DNA of 64,000 bases from Candidatus Dojkabacteria bacterium (GTDB taxonomy: Bacteria > Patescibacteriota > Dojkabacteria > SC72 > JAHDCA01): positions 779,686-843,685 of the forward strand of contig CP129478.1 of assembly GCA_030583845.1 (NCBI GenBank), given 5' to 3'. A program made the position numbers and the translations under genes. Under the pieces are notes generated by a model. The model ran no database searches. It worked only from the letters and a program-made list of their open reading frames with translations, and was not told the DNA's origin. Positions 37,763 to 47,384 of the stretch are shown piece after piece. Each line of letters opens with the position of its first letter. Within the stretch, counting starts at the first letter, position 1.

Positions 37763-38923
37763 ATGGAAATCGTTCTCTACACATTAATCGGATTAATCAT
37801 AGGCGGTGCCATTGCACTCGTGATTGCTTACTTCATCCTCAAGCCAAAAAGTAAAGTAAACGATGAGGTGCTTCTACAGACCTTGGAGCTAAAGATAAAA
37901 GCGATGATGCCTGAACTTATCAATGAATCTTCGGAAAACCTAATCAAGATAGCTAACGAAAAGCTTGGTGCAGAGAAGAAAGAGATCAGGGCTGATATGG
38001 AGAGCAAGCGATCCGAGATGACGCGAATGGTGCAGCAGATCGAGCGACAATTGAAAAACAATGAGGACAAGCTCGCGGCTTCTGATAAAGAAAGGATCGG
38101 CTCATTCAATGCACTAAAGGAACGACTAGAGGAGCAGACAAGGATTTCCGAGCAGCTCCGTGTCTCAACAGAGAACCTAAAGAAAGTGCTGTCCAATAAT
38201 CAGATGCGTGGCCATTTCGGCGAACAGGTTGCAGAAGATCTTCTCAAAATGTCAGGCTTTGTAGTCGGCAAGGATTACGAATTTAACAAGGCACAAGAGA
38301 CGCGCGAGACACGCCCTGATTTCACGATATATATGCCCGACCGTACCAAGATTAACGTAGACGCCAAATTCCCGTACGCAAATCTGCAGAAGCTTGCTGA
38401 GACTGAGAACGAAGAGCAGCAGAAGGAGTATCGCAAGCTATTTGAAAAAGATGTGAAGGATAAGATCAAGCAGGTAACAGTCCGCGACTATATCAACCCA
38501 GAAGAGGGTACTGTGGACTTTGTAATAGTGTTTATCCCGAACGAGATGATCTTCTCCTGGATATATGACCAGATGAATGAGATCTGGGTCGAGGCAATGC
38601 GCAAGAAGGTTATCTTCGCTGGCCCGTTTAGCTTCACTGCGATCTTGAGGATGGTGCGCCAAGCGTATGACAACTTCGAGATTAAAGGGAACATACGAGA
38701 GATTATTGGGCATGTTAAAGCTTTCTCTACTGAGTTCGCGAAATTTGACGATGAATTTCAGAAGGTTGGAGATAGGATCCAGGCGCTTGATAAGCAGTTT
38801 GCAACAGTAAATAGCACCCGCATGAATCAGCTACGCAGAAAGATGGACAGGGTTCAGATGCTTGAGGAGCCTGTTGAAGAGAGTACTTCCGGGGAAAGTG
38901 ATACGATCAAGATGATTGAGTAG
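37763..38923 (+). CDS. rmuC: DNA recombination protein RmuC
   Basis: An N-terminal TM and coiled coil precede the RmuC core RPDFTIYMPD...DAKFPY...DFVIVFIPNE. Confidence 0.75.
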   Translation: MEIVLYTLIGLIIGGAIALVIAYFILKPKSKVNDEVLLQTLELKIKAMMPELINESSENLIKIANEKLGAEKKEIRADMESKRSEMTRMVQQIERQLKNNEDKLAASDKERIGSFNALKERLEEQTRISEQLRVSTENLKKVLSNNQMRGHFGEQVAEDLLKMSGFVVGKDYEFNKAQETRETRPDFTIYMPDRTKINVDAKFPYANLQKLAETENEEQQKEYRKLFEKDVKDKIKQVTVRDYINPEEGTVDFVIVFIPNEMIFSWIYDQMNEIWVEAMRKKVIFAGPFSFTAILRMVRQAYDNFEIKGNIREIIGHVKAFSTEFAKFDDEFQKVGDRIQALDKQFATVNSTRMNQLRRKMDRVQMLEEPVEESTSGESDTIKMIE

Positions 38924-39040
38924 TCCTACGCTAAAGCTACGGACTACATATAGTCATACACCAAAGCTACTGACTACATCTAGTCACGCTAAAGCTACGG
39001 ACTACACTGTAGTCACACACCAAAGCCTTACTCTAGAGCG
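38924..39040. repeat. Array of four ~30-nt tandem hairpin repeats
   Basis: Units (C)TAGTCACGCTAAAGCTACGGACTACA and TAGTCATACACCAAAGCTACTGACTACA alternate. Each is bounded by GTAGTC...GACTAC inverted ends. The array lies between the convergent rmuC and DUF1846 genes. Confidence 0.6.
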
Positions 39041-40131
39041 AGATCAGGGTTGTAGCCCCTTTCATTTATATACTTCAAGGCACGATCTTCAAGCAGCTCG
39101 CATTTCCTATACCACTCCTGATCTCCAGCACCACGCGCAATTATCTGTGCATACCACTCTTTGCGCCTGCGGATCTCGTGCAAGCTTGCAATACACACAA
39201 CCTCATCGTTTTCGATTGCGTGACCGGCGAAATTAATTCCCATGTCGGTTGGTGATTTATACTCGTTCATGAAGCTGGTTGAATCTAGAAGCTTATCTTT
39301 CATGCTCAAGATAATCTTGAATGCATCGACGTCGCGATTGTAGTTTACCGAATTTTTCCCATAAGCCTCCATATGATATGTATCGATCACATTGTAGTCG
39401 CCGATATCAGCCGTGGCAGCCTCATAGGCAAGATTGATCGGGTGGTTCAAGGGAAGAATCCAGATAGGGAAGGTCTCATACTTGGCATAGCCGGAAATTA
39501 GCCCGTGCTGCTTATCGAGATAGATCTGGCCGAGACATGTGGACATTTTACCGCTATTGGAGCCAGCACCGGTTACCAGGATTAGGTTTTTATTGCTTTC
39601 GACATAATCGTCAGCTCCATATCCTGTATCGCTCAAAACAGCATCTGTACTATCTGGGTAGCCTTCGATCTTATACCTTCTCTTGACTGTATACCCTTGG
39701 CTCGATAGAGATTCCTCAAAGCCCTGCACTTCCTGGTCATGGTTGATTCGATCACACAAATTTATGACAATCTTCGGTTTAATATCAAATGTTGACTCAA
39801 GCTCCTTAATCGCTCTGCTGCAATAATCGGTGTATGACTCACGGTCGCTCCGCATCTGCCTGTCATTTGCAATATCCTCAGCCTTGACACAGTAAAAGAT
39901 ATCGAGGAAGCCGTGCAACTCTTTTAAAATGGTCACCTTCGTTACAGGGTCAAAGCCTGGAAGCACACGTGCAGCATGCGCATCATAAAGGAATTTCCCA
40001 CCGATCTCGAAGTACAGTTTGCCATCTTTGAATCGATCAATGCGCTCTAAAATCTTTTTCTTCTGGTTCTGGATATACTTTGGGTTGTTGAATCCGGAGA
40101 CTTTGTATTGGATTATGTCGCTGCTTGTCAC
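39028..40131 (-). CDS. UPF0371/DUF1846-family protein
   Basis: The N-terminal block KILERIDRFKDGKLYFEIGGKFLYDAHAARVLPGFDP and ...KYETFPIWILPLNHPINLAYEAATAD resemble, from memory, streptococcal UPF0371 proteins. Confidence 0.5.
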   Translation of the reverse strand: MTSSDIIQYKVSGFNNPKYIQNQKKKILERIDRFKDGKLYFEIGGKFLYDAHAARVLPGFDPVTKVTILKELHGFLDIFYCVKAEDIANDRQMRSDRESYTDYCSRAIKELESTFDIKPKIVINLCDRINHDQEVQGFEESLSSQGYTVKRRYKIEGYPDSTDAVLSDTGYGADDYVESNKNLILVTGAGSNSGKMSTCLGQIYLDKQHGLISGYAKYETFPIWILPLNHPINLAYEAATADIGDYNVIDTYHMEAYGKNSVNYNRDVDAFKIILSMKDKLLDSTSFMNEYKSPTDMGINFAGHAIENDEVVCIASLHEIRRRKEWYAQIIARGAGDQEWYRKCELLEDRALKYINERGYNPDLALE

Positions 40132-40199
40132 GATTATCTGTCTATAAGTTAGCGGATGAGATACTGTTAAAGATAGCCTAAAGAAGGGTAAATGAAAAG

Positions 40200-40242
40200 C
40201 CCCGCTAACCTATAAGTCGATTCGACTTATAGGTTAGCGGGG
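40200..40242. repeat. Inverted-repeat element, family CCCCGCTAACCTATAG (copy b, minimal)
   Basis: It is a near-perfect 43-nt palindrome CCCCGCTAACCTATAAGTCGA/TTCGACTTATAGGTTAGCGGGG. A partial extra arm CTATAAGTTAGCGG lies at 40142. Confidence 0.65.
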
Positions 40243-40262
40243 CTTTAATTGCTACACCAAAA

Positions 40263-40853
40263 CTACTCAGCCTTTGGCTCAGATGGTGTTGAAGCTGGAG
40301 CCTCGCTCTTCATTGCAGGAGCAGCGCCTTTTGGCTCAGCAAATGCAATGTAAAGAGGTACTAACCAACCTACAACCGGAACTATTACGAGTAAACCGTA
40401 CCAGTTCTCGAAGCCTCGTCTTTCAGCTATTTTCATCCAAACAATCAAGTAGTAAACAATGTTTACGAATGGGATAAAGAAGAGGATAAATTTCCAACCA
40501 TCCTCGTTAGCTACTCTGACCATGTAGTAGTAGTTAACAAATGGTACCCAAGCCATCCATGCAGGATCAGATGTACCAACCTTCTTACCAATTGTCATAA
40601 GCACATAGGCCATGACCACGTAGAAGACAATACCGAATACTGCCCAGCACATCATATATGCGCTAAGTGCTGCCAAAGCTGCAGCTGTATCCTCTTCGCT
40701 AGTATCCGTAGTTGTATAGAGAAGATCATCCTCGTACGTATAGTCGTAATCATAATCAAACTCGTCCTGTGCCATTGCTGGCGATGCATACGCATATACA
40801 CCCATTGCAAAGGCTGCTAGCGCTGCGAAACCCACGATAAATCTTTTCAGCAT
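40263..40853 (-). CDS. Membrane protein with an acidic Tyr/Asp-rich N-terminal region and repeated W-x-x-(V/I)P(F/V)V helices
   Basis: A signal/TM is followed by DEFDYDYDYTYEDDLLY. Three further TMs carry WMAWVPFVNYYYM, WKFILFFIPFVNIVYY and LLVIVPVVGWLVPLYIAF. I could not assign a family. Confidence 0.35.
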   Translation of the reverse strand: MLKRFIVGFAALAAFAMGVYAYASPAMAQDEFDYDYDYTYEDDLLYTTTDTSEEDTAAALAALSAYMMCWAVFGIVFYVVMAYVLMTIGKKVGTSDPAWMAWVPFVNYYYMVRVANEDGWKFILFFIPFVNIVYYLIVWMKIAERRGFENWYGLLVIVPVVGWLVPLYIAFAEPKGAAPAMKSEAPASTPSEPKAE

Positions 40854-40930
40854 TGTCTTAATGAGAAAATTTAAATAAATCTTAATCTGAGTTTACTCTA
40901 AATTTTTCACATACGTCAATAGCTTTTAGT

Positions 40931-41545
40931 GTGTGCACAGATATGATAATTTGGAGTATGCAAATTAGCGATGCAATTCTATATAACAAGGGCAGCAATG
41001 CTGTGTTAATTACAGCGCCGCATAGCACTGCGCATAGACGGCCTAGCTATTCGGGTTCATTGAGGCCGGCCGAGTTGTGGACTGACAACATTGCATTAGA
41101 GCTTGGCGAGAGGAGCGGCGCGCATACACTAGTAGTCAATGATCAGCTAGACTTTGATCCGAATTACCACGCAGTCGCAGACAATCTTTTTAAGCAGAGG
41201 GTGCAGGAAATAGTTGAGTCTGAAAAGATTAAATACATTTTCGACCTGCATGGCCTGAGCGAGATCTATCCATATGATTTTGGCTACTATTTTTCGCGTC
41301 GGTTTTATAAGTCAAAACGAATTGCATATGGTTTAGCCCAGTCTATCAACCAGAATTTGCTCCGACAGGCAGTTGCACAGGTTCTCTGTTTCAATGAAAA
41401 TTTGCAGGAAAGTATTGGTCAGTTTGCGGTGAAGAACCTCGGAACTGTGGCTGTGCAGCTGGAGATCGCTCGCTATATCCGAGAGGATGAGTTACTGAGG
41501 CAGAATTTCGTCACTGGGATGGAGCAGTATCTGCTGACTCTCTAA
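40931..41545 (+). CDS. Hypothetical protein
   Basis: The ORF is intact and contains a ...AVLITAPHSTAHR... segment. I recognise no family; the start may be the internal MQISD. Confidence 0.3.
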   Translation: MCTDMIIWSMQISDAILYNKGSNAVLITAPHSTAHRRPSYSGSLRPAELWTDNIALELGERSGAHTLVVNDQLDFDPNYHAVADNLFKQRVQEIVESEKIKYIFDLHGLSEIYPYDFGYYFSRRFYKSKRIAYGLAQSINQNLLRQAVAQVLCFNENLQESIGQFAVKNLGTVAVQLEIARYIREDELLRQNFVTGMEQYLLTL

Positions 41546-41552
41546 GCACAGA

Positions 41553-41594
41553 CCAAGTCGCACTTTGCAAGTGCGACTTCGCGAAGGCGGAGTT
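41553..41594. repeat. 42-nt palindromic repeat, copy 2 (identical to 25768..25809)
   Basis: It lies immediately 3' of ORF 40931..41545 and upstream of the recA promoter region. Confidence 0.7.
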
Positions 41595-41639
41595 GATAGT
41601 ATTTCTTCATTAGAAATTCATTAAAAATATAGCTGTTTT

Positions 41640-41668
41640 TTGACCCTTAACCCACCCTCTGTTACACT
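41640..41668 (+). promoter_or_regulatory. Putative sigma-70-type promoter of recA
   Basis: TTGACC, a 17-nt spacer and TACACT lie ~30 nt upstream of the recA ATG. It is preceded by the direct repeat TTCATTAgaaaTTCATTAA at 41606..41625. Confidence 0.4.
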
Positions 41669-41699
41669 CTCAATATCTAAAATTTATAGTAATTCCTAT

Positions 41700-42770
41700 A
41701 TGCCATCCAAAGGAAGCACAGATGTAAAGAAAACTGCCGCCAAAGCCCTACAACCAACAAAAGCCGCCCCACCAACTAAGCCAAAGATCGACCCGAACAA
41801 AGCGATGGCAGTTGATGCCGCGATTCAGCAGATCGAGAAGCAGTTTGGAAAAGGCTCAATTATGCGACTCGGCAGCCGAGAAAAGATTGATGTCCCTGTT
41901 ATTTCGACTGGCGCTCTATCTTTGGATATGGCTCTCGGTATTGGTGGTATCCCAAGAGGCAGAATAATTGAAATCTATGGGCCAGAATCATCTGGTAAAA
42001 CTACCCTTGCAATGCATATCCTCGGAGAGGCTCAGAAGGCTGGTGAGATGGTGGCATTTATTGATGCAGAGCACGCATTTGATCCAGTCTACGCTAAGCG
42101 GATTGGCATTGATGTAAATGAAATGTATATTTCTCAGCCAGACTTCGGTGAGCAGGCGCTTGAGATCTTAGAGACATTGGTAAGGTCATCAGGGTTCGGT
42201 GTGATCGTTGTTGACTCTGTAGCGGCACTTACTCCCAGAGCTGAGATCGAAGGAGAGATGGGTGACAGCCATATGGGATTGCAAGCAAGGCTGATGTCAC
42301 AGGCGCTTCGCAAGATCACCGCGATTGCAAGCAAGACCAACACGACAGTAATTTTCCTCAACCAGCTTCGTATGAAGATCGGCGTAATGTTCGGAAATCC
42401 TGAAACAACCACCGGTGGTAATGCACTGAAATTCTACGCCTCTATCAGGATGGATATCAGACAGCGAGAGAAGGTGATGGAAGAGGGCGAAGTCATTGGA
42501 CACACTAGAGTAGTAAAAGTAGTGAAGAATAAGCTTGCGCCACCATTTAGAGAGGCGACATTCACTATCAAGTATCCAACCGGCATCGACAAAGAAAGCA
42601 GCATCCTTGATGCTGCAGTGGCCCGTGGGATTGTCGAGAAATCTGGCGCATGGATGAAGTATGGCGACTCTCAGCTCGCGCAGGGACGAGAGGGCGCAAT
42701 CCAGGAGCTCAAAGATAACTCGAAGCTACGTGACGAAATCGAGAAAAAAGTGCGAGATACTATAAAGTAG
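41700..42770 (+). CDS. recA: Recombinase RecA
   Basis: The P-loop [13 protein letters not shown] and the L1/L2 and core motifs are present across the full-length RecA fold. The start is taken at [11 protein letters not shown]; the ORF is open from 41640. Confidence 0.9.
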   Translation: MPSKGSTDVKKTAAKALQPTKAAPPTKPKIDPNKAMAVDAAIQQIEKQFGKGSIMRLGSREKIDVPVISTGALSLDMALGIGGIPRGRIIEIYGPESSGKTTLAMHILGEAQKAGEMVAFIDAEHAFDPVYAKRIGIDVNEMYISQPDFGEQALEILETLVRSSGFGVIVVDSVAALTPRAEIEGEMGDSHMGLQARLMSQALRKITAIASKTNTTVIFLNQLRMKIGVMFGNPETTTGGNALKFYASIRMDIRQREKVMEEGEVIGHTRVVKVVKNKLAPPFREATFTIKYPTGIDKESSILDAAVARGIVEKSGAWMKYGDSQLAQGREGAIQELKDNSKLRDEIEKKVRDTIK

Positions 42771-42836
42771 TGCTACAATGTGTGTGAGGTCGATCTGAAA
42801 TGAGGCCTTGCACACATTAAATTATTCAAGATTACT

Positions 42837-43898
42837 ATGGCAGAGAATGAAGTCAATTCGTACGATATCGGCTACGAGAGTTTGAAAACCAACCATCACA
42901 AGAATCGCTGGTGGAAGCGTGGGTGCTGGTGGGGCATTGGAATCCTATTTATTGTGCTTGCTTTTGCTACCGTATGCGGACTCTTCACATTGATTATAGT
43001 TGCAGTAGCGGATGTCTCTGAGGGTGCGAGCAGCGGCTATATTTACGATCCAGATGAGACTTTGATCGAGGAAGGAACCTCGACAAATAAGATCGCGGTA
43101 ATAAATGTGAGCGGAGTAATCACCCAAGGAGCGACATTGTCACCATTCGGTAGCTCATCGGGTGCAGTCACATCATTTGTCAATCGGGATTTGAAGAAAG
43201 CATATGACGATCCTGATGTTAAGGCAGTCTTGCTTCATATCGAGTCTCCTGGTGGTGAGGCAGTAGCAAGTGACCTGATATATCAGCAGGTGAAGGCATT
43301 GTCGTCTAAGAAGCCAGTGGTAGTCTACTCAAGCAACATGGTGGCTTCGGGTGGCTATATGATCGCGATGGGGAGTGATTATTTTATGACGCATGAAGGA
43401 GCAATAACTGGATCTATAGGTGTAATATTGCAAGCACAAAGCTTGGCAGGGTTATACGAGAAGCTCGGCATTGAGACGGCTACATTCAAGTCAGGGAATT
43501 TCAAGGATGACGAAGAGATTTTCGACGAGAATCCAAACGGCGAGCTTGACCAGGTATATCAAGAATTGGTAGATGAGACATATCAATCATTTGTGTCAAT
43601 TGTGGCTGAAGGTAGAGGCATGACACCGTCACAGGTAAAGGTGTTGGCTGATGGTCGTGTGTATTCTGGTAAGCAGGCTGCGCTGAACGGTCTGATCGAT
43701 GAGACAGGCTATATCCGAGATGCATATGAGAAGGCCGAGGAGCTTGCTGGAGAGGATGGGCTAACAATTGTTGAATATAACAGCTACGATCCTTGGGCAG
43801 ATCTTTTTGGTCTAAAATCCCTTAGCAAGAAGGCAGAAGAGGTAAGTGTAGTTGATCAGCCTGGAATCCAGCTTTACTACTTGGTGGAGGCCAATTGA
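42837..43898 (+). CDS. sppA: Signal peptide peptidase SppA (36K type)
   Basis: An N-terminal TM precedes the S49 core HIESPGGEAVASD...VVYSSNMVASGGYMIA. Confidence 0.8.
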   Translation: MAENEVNSYDIGYESLKTNHHKNRWWKRGCWWGIGILFIVLAFATVCGLFTLIIVAVADVSEGASSGYIYDPDETLIEEGTSTNKIAVINVSGVITQGATLSPFGSSSGAVTSFVNRDLKKAYDDPDVKAVLLHIESPGGEAVASDLIYQQVKALSSKKPVVVYSSNMVASGGYMIAMGSDYFMTHEGAITGSIGVILQAQSLAGLYEKLGIETATFKSGNFKDDEEIFDENPNGELDQVYQELVDETYQSFVSIVAEGRGMTPSQVKVLADGRVYSGKQAALNGLIDETGYIRDAYEKAEELAGEDGLTIVEYNSYDPWADLFGLKSLSKKAEEVSVVDQPGIQLYYLVEAN

Positions 43899-43952
43899 AG
43901 TCTGACCACTTGGCATTATTGCCTTTGAATACTCGATGCTAAACTAAACCAA

Positions 43953-44603
43953 GTGGTTGGAATGAAGATTACAGATCTTAAGATTCAGAAGAGGAATCAG
44001 AACAGATTCAATATGTTTGTTGATGGTGAGTTTGTTGTCGGTGTCTCGGCAAATATCGTTGCGAAATATGGGATTTATAAAGAGCGCGATATAGAAACAG
44101 AAGAGCTTGCATTGATATCAGAGGCGGCGATCTTTGAACGTTTTTGGAACCGTACTGTAAAATATCTTGAGAGCAGGCTTAGGAGCGAGTACCAGGTACG
44201 GCAATATATTCGCAAGCTATATCATCAGAAGAGAGATGATTGGATAGGTAAGAATGTTGACTTTGATCTGGGGAAGATGGAAGAGCGTATAATCGAGGAG
44301 TTGCTCAGGTTCAAAATAATCGATGATCGGGCTTATGCAGAGGCATTCATCCGTGATAGGACCAAGATGCGACCGAGGGGCAAGATATTGCTGGTACAGG
44401 AGCTTAGATCTAAAGGAATCGACCGGAAGCTGGCTAATGAGGTTGTAAATGAGCTGATTGTCGATGAGGGGACATTAATAGCTGACACTTTATATAAAAA
44501 GTATAAGGTTCGAGAGCTATCTCGTAACGACAGGAAAAAGATTGACTATCTGAGAAGGCGAGGATTTAGCTGGGATCAGATAAGTCGCTTGATTAATGAT
44601 TAA
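43953..44603 (+). CDS. recX: RecA regulator RecX
   Basis: RecX-type helical repeats are present (IDDRAYAEAFIRDR...GKILLVQELRSKGIDRKLANEV), in synteny with recA. Confidence 0.7.
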   Translation: MVGMKITDLKIQKRNQNRFNMFVDGEFVVGVSANIVAKYGIYKERDIETEELALISEAAIFERFWNRTVKYLESRLRSEYQVRQYIRKLYHQKRDDWIGKNVDFDLGKMEERIIEELLRFKIIDDRAYAEAFIRDRTKMRPRGKILLVQELRSKGIDRKLANEVVNELIVDEGTLIADTLYKKYKVRELSRNDRKKIDYLRRRGFSWDQISRLIND

Positions 44604-44621
44604 ATTGTGATCTAGAAGATT

Positions 44622-46358
44622 TTGACACTTGAAAGCAAGAAAAATTGGCAGCTTCCAGAGAATATATCAATCGAAGAGCTGGAAAAGTATAAGAGCCTTT
44701 CCCCTAAAATAGCATCCTTACTTCACTCGAGAGGCATCGCAGCTGAAGACTCTGAAAGATTCTTAAAGCCGACGCTCGACCAGGTCCCTGACTTTACCCA
44801 TCTGTACAACGCTGACAAAGCAGCAAAGCAGATAGTAGAAGCCGTGAAAGCAGGCAGGAAGATCTATATCCATGGGGATTTTGACGCAGATGGAATATGC
44901 GCAACCTCGATTTTATGGGAGTTCATCTATCGTGAAATGCCCAAAGCTATAGGCAAGGAAGTCGATGTGATGCCATATATTCCAGATAGGGCCACAGAAG
45001 GGTACGGGCTTTCTGAACCGTCAGTTGAGGCTATGATAGATGGCGGTGCAAAGCTCATTATTACGGTTGATTGTGGTGTCCGCGACAAGAAGCTGATTCA
45101 AGAGATTCAGAAAAAGCATGGAGTTGAGTTTATTGTGACAGACCACCACCAGCCACCCGACGATTTAGCAAAGAAGCTCGATTACACAGTTGTGCACCAG
45201 ATGTATCCGGACCATCACTACCCAGAGCTGCAGATCTGTGGGTCGGTAGTTGCGTTGCTGCTGATTCAGGCAATTAGAGCCGAGCTAGCTCTGCCGTACG
45301 AATTTAATGAAGACACTCCAGGGCTCGATCTGGCAGGTATGGCCACTGTCACGGATATGATGCCGCTAACTGGTGTAAACCGAGTCTTGGTAAAAGCCGC
45401 ATTAGATCAGATAAAGAAGGGTAAACGTGTAGGCTTGGTCCAGCTGTGTGAAATCGCAAAAGTTGACCCTAAGGCGATCGAGGCGTATCACTTCGGATTT
45501 GTGCTTGGTCCTAGGATTAACGCATCAGGCCGCATAGGCTCAGCGATCGAGGCGGTAAAGCTTCTTGTCACCGAGAACCCTGTAATCGCAAGAAAGAATT
45601 CCGCTTCATTAAATTCATTGAACTACCAGAGGCAGCAGCTGACCGAGGAGATAATGCAGGCGGCAAGGCTGCGAATCGATACAGAGTTAAAAGATGACAA
45701 GCTTATCTTTCTTGATGGTGAAAATTGGCCAGAAGGGATAATCGGATTAGTCGCGGGTAAGATTCAGGAAGCATATGGGAGGCCGACTGTTGTGGTAACG
45801 GTAAAGGATGAAGAAATAAAAGGCTCGGCACGAAGTCTAAAGGGCTTTAACATAACTAATGCAATCGAGGAATTTAATGAGCTGCTTGAGAGGTATGGTG
45901 GTCACGAGCAGGCTGCCGGCTTCAGTGTGAAGGTCGGAAAGCTTGAGGAATTTCGCCAGGCGCTGGTAAATTATGCCAATGAGAAGATCGACCCGACAGC
46001 CCTGACGAGCGAGCTAAAGATTGACATGATAATCGATACTGAAGATATGAATGTTGATACAGTAAATGAGCTGGCACAGCTTGAGCCGTTTGGCTACGGC
46101 AATCGCAAGCCGGTCGTGATGCTGCAAGGGGTTGTTGTGTTTGAGAAATTTGTAATGGGGCGAGGTGGCAATCACTTGAGGCTAAAGCTGAAAGGCGACG
46201 GGATCGGATTTGGTACGGCGGTGATGTTTGACTGTGCTGAGGATATTGAGAAGATTGAGGTCGACGACCTGCTGGATATCGCTGGCACGCTGGGGATAAA
46301 TGAGTGGAACGGTAATGTAGACGTGCAATTTCTGGTAAAAGAATGGCGCAAGCCTTAG
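44622..46358 (+). CDS. recJ: Single-stranded-DNA-specific exonuclease RecJ
   Basis: The DHH motifs are IYIHGDFDADGICA, VDCG and IVTDHHQPP, followed by a DHHA1 domain. It has a TTG start. Confidence 0.85.
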   Translation: MTLESKKNWQLPENISIEELEKYKSLSPKIASLLHSRGIAAEDSERFLKPTLDQVPDFTHLYNADKAAKQIVEAVKAGRKIYIHGDFDADGICATSILWEFIYREMPKAIGKEVDVMPYIPDRATEGYGLSEPSVEAMIDGGAKLIITVDCGVRDKKLIQEIQKKHGVEFIVTDHHQPPDDLAKKLDYTVVHQMYPDHHYPELQICGSVVALLLIQAIRAELALPYEFNEDTPGLDLAGMATVTDMMPLTGVNRVLVKAALDQIKKGKRVGLVQLCEIAKVDPKAIEAYHFGFVLGPRINASGRIGSAIEAVKLLVTENPVIARKNSASLNSLNYQRQQLTEEIMQAARLRIDTELKDDKLIFLDGENWPEGIIGLVAGKIQEAYGRPTVVVTVKDEEIKGSARSLKGFNITNAIEEFNELLERYGGHEQAAGFSVKVGKLEEFRQALVNYANEKIDPTALTSELKIDMIIDTEDMNVDTVNELAQLEPFGYGNRKPVVMLQGVVVFEKFVMGRGGNHLRLKLKGDGIGFGTAVMFDCAEDIEKIEVDDLLDIAGTLGINEWNGNVDVQFLVKEWRKP

Positions 46359-46466
46359 GTCTCGTGCTTTTCACTGCAACACGCTTTTAGAGTATAATCC
46401 CGATTGGAGGTTACAGGGAGTCTCGAGACACTTGCGTAGAACGTGGCTGGAAACTACCTAGGCAAT

Positions 46467-46542
<76 letters not shown>

Positions 46543-46602
46543 TATTTTAGGAATCTCTCGAGCTCACTCCTCTCCTAACCACTTGAGGAATTATACAAGT
46601 GG

Positions 46603-46854
46603 TTGGATGCGGAGGAGTTCTCAAAATTCCTGAAACATGGTATGGAATACCAGGGTAAAGGATACGCCACTGAAGCGCTGAATAGGCTGATTGAATTCTG
46701 TTTTAGTTTAGAAGGTGTTCATAAGATATTTGGAGAATGTGACAAAGAAAATATTGCCTCACAGAGAATCATGGAGAAGTGTGGTATGAAGTTCGAGCGC
46801 GAAGTAGAAGAGGGTGATGGAGTAGTGAGTATACAATTTAGTATTGAAAAGTAG
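46603..46854 (+). pseudogene. C-terminal fragment (~83 aa) of a GNAT N-acetyltransferase
   Basis: QGKGYATEALNRLIEFCF...IASQRIMEKCGMKFE is the GNAT motif A/B region, but the N-terminal half of the fold is missing. It begins inside a hairpin 60 nt after tRNA-Ala. Confidence 0.5.
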
Positions 46855-46865
46855 AGGAGTGGCTT

Positions 46866-47345
46866 ATGCCGCAAATTACTAATCGGTTTGAGCAGGGTAG
46901 AGGCTTAATATCTACGGAAACCTACTCACTTGGGGGATCGGATCTCTACAATAGAACGCCAAGTGAATTAGAGAAAAACAGTGCCGTCTTCATCTCAGCT
47001 GACCTGGACGGAACTGAAAGTGGGACGAGAATTCTCGAAGAGGTAACTAGATATTTTGGTGAAGCTGACTACGGTAGCCTCCTTGGGTTGCCAGGACGTA
47101 CGCAGTTTGATGAGGCCGCCTTGTTACAAAGTTTAACTCGTTCTACTCTGGTCACCATGAATAATCCATTGGATGAAGGGAGAAGGGTTGTACTAGTTGA
47201 TTTCTACTATGGAGAACAACGATATCTTGCTATTCAACATATATTCCCTACAGGTGAGCTTGCTTGGGCTTTCTTCCAGCGGCTGATAACTTTGAATAAA
47301 GTGTTTGAGCGCATCTACTTTTCACACCTTAGAGGTGGCATTTAG
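46866..47345 (+). CDS. Hypothetical protein (159 aa)
   Basis: The ORF is intact with no recognisable motif. Confidence 0.3.
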   Translation: MPQITNRFEQGRGLISTETYSLGGSDLYNRTPSELEKNSAVFISADLDGTESGTRILEEVTRYFGEADYGSLLGLPGRTQFDEAALLQSLTRSTLVTMNNPLDEGRRVVLVDFYYGEQRYLAIQHIFPTGELAWAFFQRLITLNKVFERIYFSHLRGGI

Positions 47346-47384
47346 CGACCTTTTTCATTCTGAGTCAAAGTCATTAGCAGCCAA

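Noticed and set aside
38924-39040. Possible CRISPR array
   Set aside because: The repeat units are contiguous and alternating with no unique spacers, and no cas genes are nearby. It is a tandem hairpin repeat, not CRISPR.
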